Shown: positions 9,062 to 19,071, counted from the first letter of the stretch. The stretch is 64,000 bases of DNA from an uncultured Bacilli bacterium (GCA_947629655.1 CANREL010000002.1:79152-143151), one strand, 5' to 3'. Notes: a model not told the origin generated them from the letters alone. Program-made: numbers and translations.

Positions 9062-12000
9062 TTATGGTGTGAAATTTCCATACCAAATATGTACAGTATG
9101 ATATATATCATGATAATGACCATAATAATTAGGTCCATATCCATGGGTTTCTGGCACATCTACAAGTCTTGTTCCACTTTTCGAAACTTCTTCTGCTAAT
9201 GCCCTAGCATGAGCTTGATCTAATGTATAAATCCCTATCTTAGCTTTTCTACTTCCGTTCATTAACCTCAAAGCATTTATTTGTTTCTCTGCTTCTTCAA
9301 AGGTTAATGGCGTTGGTACAATAACCAGTTTATTTTTTTTATTAACAGTAGCAGGAAAATAAACTTTTTCATTTTTCTTTGGCTTTGAAGCTTTTGTATC
9401 TGGCAGTTTTCTAGTTTTAGAAATTGCAGCTTGAACTGCTTCAGTAAGATTTACTGCAATGCCCTTAAGACCATTTAATAATGATGGGAACATTGCTAAT
9501 CCAAGAATTCCAAGAACAGTTAATAATTCACCTGTACTAATTCCTAAAACTGCTAATGCAGCTTCAAATGGAAAATTACCATCAGGATCACTATAATTAA
9601 TTGGATTATTATGACAATACTCATATAAATTATACCCTGATATTTTATTATTTTCAACTAATATACTGTCTGCATTAATAAATCTACACCATTTTGGATT
9701 ATAATATCGACTGTTTAAATAATATAGTTTAGTTTCTTCATCATAATAATAACTTCTATATCTAAATGGATTAATATGACCAATATTATTATTATCTATT
9801 ATTTCAATACCATTTTCATCTTTTATAGATAAAATATTTCCCCATGAATCATATTCATAATTAACAACTTTAACATATTGTTCATTTAATATACCAACAA
9901 TATCGTTTTGTAAATTTTTTACATAATAGTATTTAGTTCCATTTATTGATAATCCAACAATACCTGTATGATCATATAGATAATATATTAAATCATTTCC
10001 GCGTTTTTCAAAAATAATATTCTTATCTTCTAAATAATAATTTATTTCTGTGTTATTTACCTTTTTACCTATTCTTATTCCATCTTTGTTATATTTATAC
10101 TCTACATATAAATTATTGATAATATCATTATAGGAATTTAATTCTCTACCATTTTTCCACTTCAATAAAATATTATTACCTATAGATGCAGGATTTCCAA
10201 TCATATCATATGATATCATCTGTTCATTAATTTTTGTTAACTTATCTTCCCATTCAACATCATCATATGAATAAATACATTCATCTATAATTTCTAATGT
10301 TTCAATATTGGTAATAGTTTTTCTCAATAAATTACCATTTAAATTGTAGATATAATTAATTTGTATATTTGAATTAAAATCTAATTCTTTTATTAGTTCA
10401 TTATAATCATCATAATAGTAGCTTTTTAGTAAAATACCATTACAGTAAATATCTGTGATATTATTCAATTTATCATATTTATAATTAAATATGTCATCTC
10501 CATTTTTTAAACTATCAATCAATAAAGAACTTTTTTTACCATGCAATTTATATTTATAATTTAAATCAAAATTATTTCCAATGTTTTTACTTATTAATCT
10601 ACCAAGGCTATCATAATTATAATATATTGTACTTTCATCTAATGTTGTTTTTATTACATTTATATTACTATCTAGTTCATTATCTATATTATGATAATAA
10701 TTTTTCAACTTAATTTTTTTACCAACTATCTTATTATTAGCACTATAATTATAATTAATTCTGAAATCATTAAATCTATATTCTTTTATTTTTTTTCCAA
10801 TATCATATGAATATTTTTCAGTATAATTATTGGATAAAATTTTAGTCAAATTTCCATTATTATCATATTTTAATTTATATTTATCATCAGATTTGATAAT
10901 ATTATTTAATCTAGAAAATTCATCATAATTAAATAGTATTTCATCTTTATTTCCATAAATAACTTTTGATAAACTTTCATTATTTTCTTTATATTCATTT
11001 GTAACTAATGTTATTGAATCCCCTATTGTTACTTTACTATTATTTAAGAAATTATCATAACTAAACTTATAATTTTTATTTCCAAAAATAATTTCATTAA
11101 GTTGATTGGAACTATTATAATTAAATGTTACTTTTCTATCTTTATTTGTTATAGATGTAATATTTTTTTTACTATCATATTCATAATAAGTTGTTTGATT
11201 TTTTGGATTTGTTATTGATTTAGTCAATCCATTTTTTTCATCTATATCATAATATGTAGTATTAGAATTACTATCAGTTTTACTTGTGATAAACCTACCA
11301 TCAGTAGTATATGTAGTTTTTTCTTCAATGAATTCTTCACATACGTTTTCTAAATAAAATTCAAATGAAGAATCATTGTATATTAATGGAGAAAATTCTA
11401 AAAAGTTATTATTCATCTTTAAATATATATCTTCATCTTCAAGTTTAATATAACAACTTCCATTATCTCTTGGTTCAAAAACAAACAAATTATTTTTATT
11501 AGAAGTAGTTAAATAAATATTACCTTCTAAATATGCAAATGAATAATTTGGCATCTCTGAAAAAATAATTTTATATTTATTATCAATTTTTTCTAAATTC
11601 CATATTGGATCACTACAATTATTATTATCTACAATAATCTCTTTTGTATTTTTTACTCTTAAATATTTATTGGTTCCTTTGACTCTAATCCGATAACTTC
11701 CATTTGACAATTCTTTACTCCATTTTTTTGAAGTCCTACAAACAGTTTCATTTCCAAATGAATCATATTTTGATTCTTTAACAAGCCCATTTGATGATAT
11801 TGAACTTAGTACTCTATCCTTAATTTCATTATCATATTCATATTTTAGATTTTCACCTTCTAATCCAGTTACAGTTAATAATTGATTATCTTTATTATAA
11901 CCAAATTTATTATCACTATTACCAACATTGTCTTTAATTGAAGATATGTTTCCATTAACATCATATTCATAATAATTTGTTGCTAGATCTTTAAATAAAG

Positions 12001-15000
12001 TTAGATTAGTAATATAAAAATCGTTTGCATTTCTTCCTTGATGAAAATCTAGTATTATTGATTTATAATCCCATTCTGCAACAAAATCATATGAAAAATA
12101 TTGCCAAATATTATCACTGTTATTAAATTCTGTGCTTGGCATTACACATTGTTCAATCTGACTGCCATCAGCTGGAATAAAATACATAGTTACATTATTT
12201 GCAACAAATTCTCCATCCCCATTTATTCCTTCATTTTTATACCAAAAAGATATACGATATAAATCCCCACTTTTTCCTTTTACTATAAATTCTTTTGAAA
12301 AACTTGAATAATTAAAAGGATCCATTTTAACTTTCAAAGCAGTATTCTTGTTATCATTGAAATTAACTAATTCAAATACTTTGTTTGTATCTACTGAAAT
12401 ATCATCAAAACTATCAAGAACATGAGCAGATAAATTCCAATCATCTAATCCATCAGAAAAATCGGAATTTTCAATTATATTATAATTGTTAACTACTTCT
12501 CCTTCTTCTAATTGTATATCATCAATATATGTCATACCTTCATCGTGAAACTTAATTACAATTGACAAATCAGTAAGTGCATCTTCTGCATAAAAAATTG
12601 TAACATCACTACGTTCAAAATTATCAGATATTTCAACCTCTTCATAACTATTAATATCAATACCATCTTTATTTAAGTAACTTAAACATAATTCAATTTT
12701 ACTTTGATTTTTAAAATAGCCACTAAAAGTATAATATTTACCTTTTGGTACAGAAAGAGTATAGCTTAAAAATTGGTCATTTGAAGTACTTAAAGCACTA
12801 AAACATCTATTACCAGAGTAAGAGCATTCATCTGTAATGCCAGTCGGCATTTTTCCATTAGAGGAAAAATATAGAGTTTCTTCTTCAAAACTAGAATTTT
12901 TTATATAGTTTTTAACATAACGAACAGGAATAGTATCCTTTAATAGCTTATTTTTTACATTTTTATCCTCACCATAATACTGAGTTATAGAATATGCATT
13001 ATTTATATCTTCACTAGAAAATAAACTATTATTAGATAAAACATTACCATTTGAATTAAATATTAATGTATTTTGTTTACCAAAATGATCAATAATGGTA
13101 GTTGTAAGAAATCCATAATTTAAAGAAAAGAAGTTACCTAGTGTATCGTTTAAACCATACTGTGTTACTTTTTTTATTTTAAATGGATATTCTTCATAAT
13201 AATCATATTTATTCTTCATACCAGTTACATCTGTAATACAATTTATTAAATTATTATTATTATATTCAAAATTAGTTATACCATCTTCTGTTTGAATTGA
13301 AACAACATTTTTATTATTATAATTTATTTTTGTTGTTGTATATGAACTCTCAACACTAATACAATTAGATTCATAATTAACATTAATTTCCGAACTATTT
13401 TCATCACAAATTTTAGTAATTAAATTATTATCATTTCGTTCTATTTTTAATATATTATTACTAATGTTTGTAATACTTGTAAGATACCAAAGTGTACCAA
13501 ATTTTGTAAAAGTCATTTTATTCGTGTATTGATCTGTCATAATATAATCACTATCTATTTTTTCTATAGAAAGATTTAAACCATCTTCATCATAATATAC
13601 ATTAGATGTATTAACATCATTTTCGCCAAATGCTAAATCTTTAATAAAATAATGGATTGTTCCATCATCATCAATATACTCTAAATAATCTTGTTCTTCT
13701 ATTTTTAATTCCCTAATAGTTTGATCTAAATTTAATCTATAGCCCTTACCATATATAGTATTATTATTTAATACTACATCATTTGTATTATATACCAAAT
13801 CTAAATTTCCCTTTAATTTGCTACCTACTGTAGAACCTAAATTCCAAATTCCTGTCAAATTACCATTAAAACAATTAACATAAGTCTTTCCATTTTCAAA
13901 GCATTGTTCTTTATATTCTAAATATTCTTCTAATCCATTTTGATTTCGATATACAATTTCTAGTGTAGGTTGAAGATTAGAGGTTTCATCACTATTTTTT
14001 GAAATAAAGGCTGGAAAATTATCATCTATATAAACTTCATTAGGCGATTTGATCATTATTCCATAATTTGGTGTTCCTGTATACCATTTTTTTACTAAAT
14101 TAGTTATATCATTATACGGAGATGATACAGTAACGATTTCATCATCATCATCAGTAAAACTTCTACTACAATAATATATACTTTCAACTTTACTAGAATA
14201 TTTATCATTCATAGTAGACCAATTTGCAGTTTTTTCATCCCAATCTTTAGTAATTCTATGAATTGTAACTAATTTATTATTATTAGGTTTATTCTCAACT
14301 GCTGGAAAAGAAATTAATTGTAACCTAGCAAAAATTATTTCACTTCCAGTTCCTATTTTTGGTAAATCAAATTTTACTAATGTTCTATTAATATAATCAA
14401 CACCATTTAATCTCTCTACTCCTGCTTTTAATATATTTTTACTATTTCTATCAACATTTGTATCGTTTGGATAAATATATGTATCATATACATTACCACC
14501 ATCTATAAAATTAGAAATTGTTGGATCTATTGAAACTGGAAAAATTGTATCATTAGAATTTAACCACTCTGAATCTAATGTTAATTCAAGTTCATAAATT
14601 CCATTAAACTTTTTTAAATTATAAAATATATTATTATTAATATTATTATTAGAATCAAACATATATGGTTGTTCAATTTCAAATATAACATTATTATCTT
14701 TTTTAGCAATTATTGAATTTTTATCAATAGATAATTCTAAATTAGTATTTACTAGAAAGTTTAGCTTATCAATAATCTTCTCTCTTTTATTTATTACTAT
14801 TGTTTCTTTAACTTTATTAGGTGTTGTTTGATATTTTATATCAATTCCATCTAATATATCTTTATAAATTATATTACTAATTAATTTACTATTTTGTTTT
14901 TCTTTTCTAGCAAAAACATCGTTAGAATCCTTTAATTTCATTTCTAAATAATCATTTTCTTTTTCCATTCTAACGATTGTATTACTGCTATGTTCATTAT

Positions 15001-15196
15001 AGTACACTTTAAAATTATTAGAGCTATTGCAAAAATAATTATCTTTTTTTATTAAAGTATTATCTATTTCTTCAAATTTACCATCTTTAAAATAATGAAT
15101 ATCATTACTATACATTTTAGCAACAATCGTACCATCTTTTTGTAAAAAGTGCTTTTCTTTTTTTCCTCTTTTTTCAATTAATTCAATTTCTTTCAA
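9062..15196 (-). CDS. RHS/YD-repeat polymorphic toxin (2044 aa). Two tandem CBM-like modules map at about 12.0-12.9 kb and a ricin-B/beta-trefoil lectin at about 11.40-11.70 kb. The RHS core ends ...YLNSRYYNPKWCRFINADS, followed by NYSDPDG. The 171-aa C-terminal toxin maps to 9062-9577.
   Basis: Many YDxxGR(L) repeats (e.g. YNYDSLGRLISK). The RHS-core terminal consensus RYYxPxxxRFxxxD and the DPxG autoproteolysis motif are at 9578-9589. TTG start with a GAGGAGTG RBS. No signal peptide or LXG N-terminus. Confidence 0.9.
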   Translation of the reverse strand: MKEIELIEKRGKKEKHFLQKDGTIVAKMYSNDIHYFKDGKFEEIDNTLIKKDNYFCNSSNNFKVYYNEHSSNTIVRMEKENDYLEMKLKDSNDVFARKEKQNSKLISNIIYKDILDGIDIKYQTTPNKVKETIVINKREKIIDKLNFLVNTNLELSIDKNSIIAKKDNNVIFEIEQPYMFDSNNNINNNIFYNLKKFNGIYELELTLDSEWLNSNDTIFPVSIDPTISNFIDGGNVYDTYIYPNDTNVDRNSKNILKAGVERLNGVDYINRTLVKFDLPKIGTGSEIIFARLQLISFPAVENKPNNNKLVTIHRITKDWDEKTANWSTMNDKYSSKVESIYYCSRSFTDDDDEIVTVSSPYNDITNLVKKWYTGTPNYGIMIKSPNEVYIDDNFPAFISKNSDETSNLQPTLEIVYRNQNGLEEYLEYKEQCFENGKTYVNCFNGNLTGIWNLGSTVGSKLKGNLDLVYNTNDVVLNNNTIYGKGYRLNLDQTIRELKIEEQDYLEYIDDDGTIHYFIKDLAFGENDVNTSNVYYDEDGLNLSIEKIDSDYIMTDQYTNKMTFTKFGTLWYLTSITNISNNILKIERNDNNLITKICDENSSEINVNYESNCISVESSYTTTKINYNNKNVVSIQTEDGITNFEYNNNNLINCITDVTGMKNKYDYYEEYPFKIKKVTQYGLNDTLGNFFSLNYGFLTTTIIDHFGKQNTLIFNSNGNVLSNNSLFSSEDINNAYSITQYYGEDKNVKNKLLKDTIPVRYVKNYIKNSSFEEETLYFSSNGKMPTGITDECSYSGNRCFSALSTSNDQFLSYTLSVPKGKYYTFSGYFKNQSKIELCLSYLNKDGIDINSYEEVEISDNFERSDVTIFYAEDALTDLSIVIKFHDEGMTYIDDIQLEEGEVVNNYNIIENSDFSDGLDDWNLSAHVLDSFDDISVDTNKVFELVNFNDNKNTALKVKMDPFNYSSFSKEFIVKGKSGDLYRISFWYKNEGINGDGEFVANNVTMYFIPADGSQIEQCVMPSTEFNNSDNIWQYFSYDFVAEWDYKSIILDFHQGRNANDFYITNLTLFKDLATNYYEYDVNGNISSIKDNVGNSDNKFGYNKDNQLLTVTGLEGENLKYEYDNEIKDRVLSSISSNGLVKESKYDSFGNETVCRTSKKWSKELSNGSYRIRVKGTNKYLRVKNTKEIIVDNNNCSDPIWNLEKIDNKYKIIFSEMPNYSFAYLEGNIYLTTSNKNNLFVFEPRDNGSCYIKLEDEDIYLKMNNNFLEFSPLIYNDSSFEFYLENVCEEFIEEKTTYTTDGRFITSKTDSNSNTTYYDIDEKNGLTKSITNPKNQTTYYEYDSKKNITSITNKDRKVTFNYNSSNQLNEIIFGNKNYKFSYDNFLNNSKVTIGDSITLVTNEYKENNESLSKVIYGNKDEILFNYDEFSRLNNIIKSDDKYKLKYDNNGNLTKILSNNYTEKYSYDIGKKIKEYRFNDFRINYNYSANNKIVGKKIKLKNYYHNIDNELDSNINVIKTTLDESTIYYNYDSLGRLISKNIGNNFDLNYKYKLHGKKSSLLIDSLKNGDDIFNYKYDKLNNITDIYCNGILLKSYYYDDYNELIKELDFNSNIQINYIYNLNGNLLRKTITNIETLEIIDECIYSYDDVEWEDKLTKINEQMISYDMIGNPASIGNNILLKWKNGRELNSYNDIINNLYVEYKYNKDGIRIGKKVNNTEINYYLEDKNIIFEKRGNDLIYYLYDHTGIVGLSINGTKYYYVKNLQNDIVGILNEQYVKVVNYEYDSWGNILSIKDENGIEIIDNNNIGHINPFRYRSYYYDEETKLYYLNSRYYNPKWCRFINADSILVENNKISGYNLYEYCHNNPINYSDPDGNFPFEAALAVLGISTGELLTVLGILGLAMFPSLLNGLKGIAVNLTEAVQAAISKTRKLPDTKASKPKKNEKVYFPATVNKKNKLVIVPTPLTFEEAEKQINALRLMNGSRKAKIGIYTLDQAHARALAEEVSKSGTRLVDVPETHGYGPNYYGHYHDIYHTVHIWYGNFTP

Positions 15197-15221
15197 AATA
15201 TCACTCCTCTACAAAAAATTA

Positions 15222-15893
15222 TTAAGATACTCTCTTCCACATATAAACAGCTAAATATGGAGGTAAATTACTGCTAGCAGAAGTTCCTGGTGAAGTTTTT
15301 CCTGTTTCGCCTGGAGTGGTGCTATTAGTGTTTCCTGCTAATGCAGTAGCTCGTGTATTAGATGTTGATGATGTACCATGGCCAGAGGTTGTCGCCTTAG
15401 TATTGTCTTTCCAACTTGTTACACCAGTTTTAGTTGAGGCATATATACCATTAGCAGTTGCTGATGCGTTAATTAGTGCATAACCATTAGATAGACCATG
15501 AGTATGAGCAGCACTTGTATGAGAATGTGAATCAACAGTATGTGAATGAGTAATGCTACCACCTGTACTACCATTTGCATAATCATTCCCACAAGCTAGT
15601 AAGAAAGTATCTTTTATTTGTTCCCATCCTCCACCAATTAATATATCAGGACTTGTCTCGTTAACAGACATATAGATAGATCCTATTGGATATATTAAAT
15701 TTAAAATTTCTTCTCGTGAAAACATACCTTCCTGTACTTCAAGACTCTTACCAGTAATATGTCCTTCACTGTCAATTCCAAAAGCATTATTTTTAGATGT
15801 TATACATCCAGCAGTTAAATTATCAACTTCTTCATTTACGTTATCTCCATCTTTTGTAAAAGCATTAATTATATAATCATATTCTTCATTCAT
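15222..15893 (-). CDS. Phage tail-collar-domain-like protein with an HxH cluster and a Gly/Ser/Thr-rich tail (223 aa)
   Basis: LIYPIGSIYMSVNETSPDILIGGGWEQI...GGSITHSHTVDSHSHTSAAHTHG...NLPPYLAVYMWKRV matches the phage tail collar pattern (PIG(S/A)I...GW...PPY...). It lies 25 nt upstream of the RHS start. Confidence 0.55.
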   Translation of the reverse strand: MNEEYDYIINAFTKDGDNVNEEVDNLTAGCITSKNNAFGIDSEGHITGKSLEVQEGMFSREEILNLIYPIGSIYMSVNETSPDILIGGGWEQIKDTFLLACGNDYANGSTGGSITHSHTVDSHSHTSAAHTHGLSNGYALINASATANGIYASTKTGVTSWKDNTKATTSGHGTSSTSNTRATALAGNTNSTTPGETGKTSPGTSASSNLPPYLAVYMWKRVS

Positions 15894-15912
15894 TTATAAA
15901 ACCTTCTTTCTC

Positions 15913-16935
15913 TTATTTTAAATATTTATTAGCCACATATCCTGTCTTACTATTATATTTAACTTTTGACCAAATGTAGCCATTATTATTTCCAGCATTT
16001 TCTAATAAGACCTCAACTACTTTTTTATGAGGAATTGTTAATATAACACTAGAATTTGTAGTTGCTTTAGATCTTAAATTAAGACCCAATGTAGCATTAA
16101 CTGTTTTTGTTATTTTAGATGTAGTAGATGAAGAAACAAATTTTATATCATCTTCATCCATCCAACCTAAATCCCCCGTAGTATTATAAGGATGTTTTGC
16201 ATTTTTAACATATCTAGTGATTTTTGTTTTTTTATTTGTTACTTTACCAGCTGTGTTTATATAATTTGCAGTTATATATAAATTTCCACTAATAATGACT
16301 TCATCTCCTAAGTTAAATTTATTAGTATTACTTGAACTAGCGGTTCCTTCACTTTTTAAGTTTGAATCAACATTAGAACCATCATAATTTATAAAATTCG
16401 ATTTTCCATGTTTAGTCCATGTTCGTGTATTATAACCATTTCTACTGCCTATATTTCCTACAGCAGTTATTTGAACTCCATCTTTCCATATTGGAGTACA
16501 TTCAACAGCTAAACCATCGCCTATATAAATTCCAATATGCCCACTCATCCATAAAAATTCGCCAGGAACAATAGTGTTAAAATTTGTTGATATATCAGTA
16601 CAATAATTATTAAACATTTGATTGGCATTTTTATCTGGAACACCATTTGAAGCATACTTTGCTCCTCCATAAGTCGCATTGGTCTTTCCAGACCAGCCCC
16701 ACAAAATTCCTTTTATTAGACAAACGCAATCAAATCCAAATGTATTATATTCTGCATTATTTATTTTAGTTGATCTGCTTAATTGCATATTATATGAATA
16801 GTTTTTGGTATAGCGTGATTTATTAGAGGATGTCATTGGTGATCCGAAGCATCCCATTACATATAATGTTTTATATTTAGTTGCAATTTCCTTTATTTTA
16901 TTAACAAGAGTAGTTGCAAGCATGACTTTAGTCAT
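15913..16935 (-). CDS. Signal-less peptidoglycan hydrolase (NlpC/P60-CHAP / Amidase_5-like papain-fold catalytic domain plus two SH3b domains); endolysin-like
   Basis: Catalytic Cys in FGFDCVCLIKGILWGW and His in SGHIGIYIGDGLAVECTP. SH3b-like ...GYIWSKVKYNSKTGYVANKYLK. No signal peptide. Confidence 0.65.
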   Translation of the reverse strand: MTKVMLATTLVNKIKEIATKYKTLYVMGCFGSPMTSSNKSRYTKNYSYNMQLSRSTKINNAEYNTFGFDCVCLIKGILWGWSGKTNATYGGAKYASNGVPDKNANQMFNNYCTDISTNFNTIVPGEFLWMSGHIGIYIGDGLAVECTPIWKDGVQITAVGNIGSRNGYNTRTWTKHGKSNFINYDGSNVDSNLKSEGTASSSNTNKFNLGDEVIISGNLYITANYINTAGKVTNKKTKITRYVKNAKHPYNTTGDLGWMDEDDIKFVSSSTTSKITKTVNATLGLNLRSKATTNSSVILTIPHKKVVEVLLENAGNNNGYIWSKVKYNSKTGYVANKYLK

Positions 16936-17045
16936 TATGTTACATCCTTTTCATTTTCATTGTATACTTCCTCTATATCACCAATAACATCTACATAATC
17001 TTCTATTTCAGCTAATTTTTTAAAATGCAAATTATTTTTTTTCAT
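16935..17045 (-). CDS. Possible 36-aa acidic peptide (MKKNNLHFKKLAEIEDYVDVIGDIEEVYNENEKDVT) between the holin and the lysin
   Basis: Its TAA overlaps the lysin ATG (TAATG). A weak AGGAAAGAAG lies upstream. The ORF is below the ORF-track cut-off. Confidence 0.25.
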   Translation of the reverse strand: MKKNNLHFKKLAEIEDYVDVIGDIEEVYNENEKDVT

Positions 17046-17050
17046 TTTTA

Positions 17051-17305
17051 TTACTTCTTTCCTGACTTGTTTTTTGTTTGAATTTCATAGCCACCGATAC
17101 TTAATGCCATTCCTAAAGATACAATAAGAGCAGTTGCCCAATCATCAAACAAATTCATATAAATTGCTATTATTGCAGAAATTATACCTACAATAATATT
17201 TTGAATAGGAATATATTTTGATGAAACTATTTTATCTTTAGTTATTACTCCAAGTATCGCTGCAACAACCGCTGTAACAACTGCGAAGATAAATTCAATT
17301 GTCAT
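17051..17305 (-). CDS. Holin-like small membrane protein (84 aa; 2-3 TM helices with a basic C-terminal tail KNKSGKK)
   Basis: Hydrophobic helices IEFIFAVVTAVVAAILGVI, IIVGIISAIIAIYM and ALIVSLGMALSIGGY. It lies immediately upstream of the signal-less lysin. AAGGAAGGTGA RBS. Confidence 0.55.
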   Translation of the reverse strand: MTIEFIFAVVTAVVAAILGVITKDKIVSSKYIPIQNIIVGIISAIIAIYMNLFDDWATALIVSLGMALSIGGYEIQTKNKSGKK

Positions 17306-17350
17306 CTAATCACCTTCCTTTTTAATTCTAATTTTTAGAATATTTTTTAA

Positions 17351-18094
17351 TTACCAATTTCCTGACCAAGTAGTCTCTGCACAATCAATTGCGTCATATT
17401 TGTTTATGACACCTGACTCAAAAACAATTCCAGTTGTACCGACTGTATATTTTTTTGAATCGGACAATGTAACACTTGAAGTCGCATGAGCATAATCGCC
17501 GTATGCAAATTGTCTTAATATTGTAGATTGTGTATTTTTTTCTACATCAAAATACATTTTCTGATTTAAAGAAGAAAGATTCCCTGTTGGAACTTGGAAA
17601 GTTACTCCAACACCATTGGATCCAACATAAGAATATTTGTATCCAGTAGATGTATAACAATCATCATTTGTTACACAATAGTTTTCAGCAAATATAGGGG
17701 TAGTGGCAACTTTCACACTAGATGGAAATCCTATAGCAATAGTGTCATAACTTCTTACTTTTGGAATATTTTTCCATTCAAGAGTTACTGTATATCTATA
17801 ATGTGAATCAACTTTTGATATTGATGTTGTCATTTTCTTATATGTTGTTTCTATTGTTGTACTATTTGCATCAATCATTGGATTGTAAGATTCATATTCA
17901 TCTCTTGAAATTTCCACTGTGTATGAATTATTATTTGTTTCATTACTAAAGCTTTGCACAGATGATTGTATTGTAACTGTTTTATAATATTTCGTATTAA
18001 AAGTCTCAAGTATATCTTCTTCTATTTGACTTGCAAAAATTGCAAGTGGACTTATTGCATATAAAATAGAAAACAATACTACAAATTTTTTCAT
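17351..18094 (-). CDS. Secreted protein of unknown function (Sec signal peptide MKKFVVLFSILYAISPLAIFA)
   Basis: AAAGGAGG RBS with the ATG at 18094. The hydrophobic N-terminus is followed by a mature domain with no recognisable motif. Confidence 0.6.
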   Translation of the reverse strand: MKKFVVLFSILYAISPLAIFASQIEEDILETFNTKYYKTVTIQSSVQSFSNETNNNSYTVEISRDEYESYNPMIDANSTTIETTYKKMTTSISKVDSHYRYTVTLEWKNIPKVRSYDTIAIGFPSSVKVATTPIFAENYCVTNDDCYTSTGYKYSYVGSNGVGVTFQVPTGNLSSLNQKMYFDVEKNTQSTILRQFAYGDYAHATSSVTLSDSKKYTVGTTGIVFESGVINKYDAIDCAETTWSGNW

Positions 18095-18224
18095 CGCTAT
18101 CCTCCTTTCCACTTACACTTTAAATAAATAAAAGCGGTAATTAAACTACTTTTCAGGAGAACTTTCTCTCTTTTTAGGAGAAATTTTAATTTAAAATTCA
18201 TCTCTTTTTAAGAGAGTTTCTTAT

Positions 18225-18262
18225 TTTTACAATATAAAAGCAATCTATCAAAAATAGATTGC
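18225..18262 (-). terminator. Rho-independent terminator after the membrane XRE regulator gene
   Basis: GCAATCTAT caaaa ATAGATTGC, with a T-rich tract on the minus strand. Confidence 0.45.
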
Positions 18263-18263
18263 C

Positions 18264-19058
18264 TTAATACATTATTTTATTGTTAGTAAACTTTTCTTCG
18301 AAATTTAATTTAATCTTAGTCCTAATTATTTTATCTTGTTCGTTTTTACATTCAATAATTAATTCTAGTTCATCAAGATTTGTATTATAATCAATAACAT
18401 TAGCATTATTTTTCTTTGATTCATCTACACTAAATGATAGTTTTGATAATACTTCACTTAATAACATATCTTCTTCAACTAATTTACTAAAAGATAAGAT
18501 GTTTAGATCATGATTCATAATAAATATATTTATTTCTTTGATTTTAGGTTCATCAGAAGTTCCTCTATTATTTCCTTGATAATTTATATTGTTTATTATT
18601 AATAAATTTTGATTCTGATTAAAAACTAAATATCCATTAATAGCATAATCAGAGTTTAAACTTGATATCGTATATACTTTGCTTTTATTATAATTACTAA
18701 TTAGAAATAGAAAAGAAAAAATAAAAGTAATTATAGTAAAAATTACTATCCCTATAAATATATATTGTTTTTTCAAGAAATCAATATAAAATCTTATACC
18801 TGCAATAGTAGTTTTATTATTAATTTCTTTTTCCTCTTGTTTTATTCTTTCTCCATTCATTATTTCATTTACTGAAACACCTAATATTTGTGATAAATTT
18901 TCTAATTTTGAAAGAGATGGTGCTGTTAATCCTGTTTCCCACTTAGATACTGATTTTCCATTTATACCTAGTTTTTCGCCTAATTCTTCTTGAGTTAACC
19001 TCTTTTCATCTCGCAATTTTGCAATAAATCTACCAATTTTATCTTTATCTAACTTCAT
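18264..19058 (-). CDS. Membrane-anchored XRE-family (Cro/CI-type HTH) transcriptional regulator with an extracytoplasmic C-terminal domain
   Basis: HTH LRDEKRLTQEELGEKLGINGKSVSKWETG, then a TM segment IFIGIVIFTIITFIFSFLFLI. AGGAG RBS. Confidence 0.7.
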   Translation of the reverse strand: MKLDKDKIGRFIAKLRDEKRLTQEELGEKLGINGKSVSKWETGLTAPSLSKLENLSQILGVSVNEIMNGERIKQEEKEINNKTTIAGIRFYIDFLKKQYIFIGIVIFTIITFIFSFLFLISNYNKSKVYTISSLNSDYAINGYLVFNQNQNLLIINNINYQGNNRGTSDEPKIKEINIFIMNHDLNILSFSKLVEEDMLLSEVLSKLSFSVDESKKNNANVIDYNTNLDELELIIECKNEQDKIIRTKIKLNFEEKFTNNKIMY

Positions 19059-19071
19059 ATAATACTCCTAA

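Noticed and set aside
9062-15196. Considered the RHS protein as a T7SS (LXG/WXG) substrate or a Sec-secreted wall-associated protein
   Set aside because: The N-terminus is hydrophilic (MKEIELIEKRGKKEKHF...) with no signal peptide, LXG domain or neighbouring EssC/WXG100 genes. This is the basis for the alternative release hypothesis.
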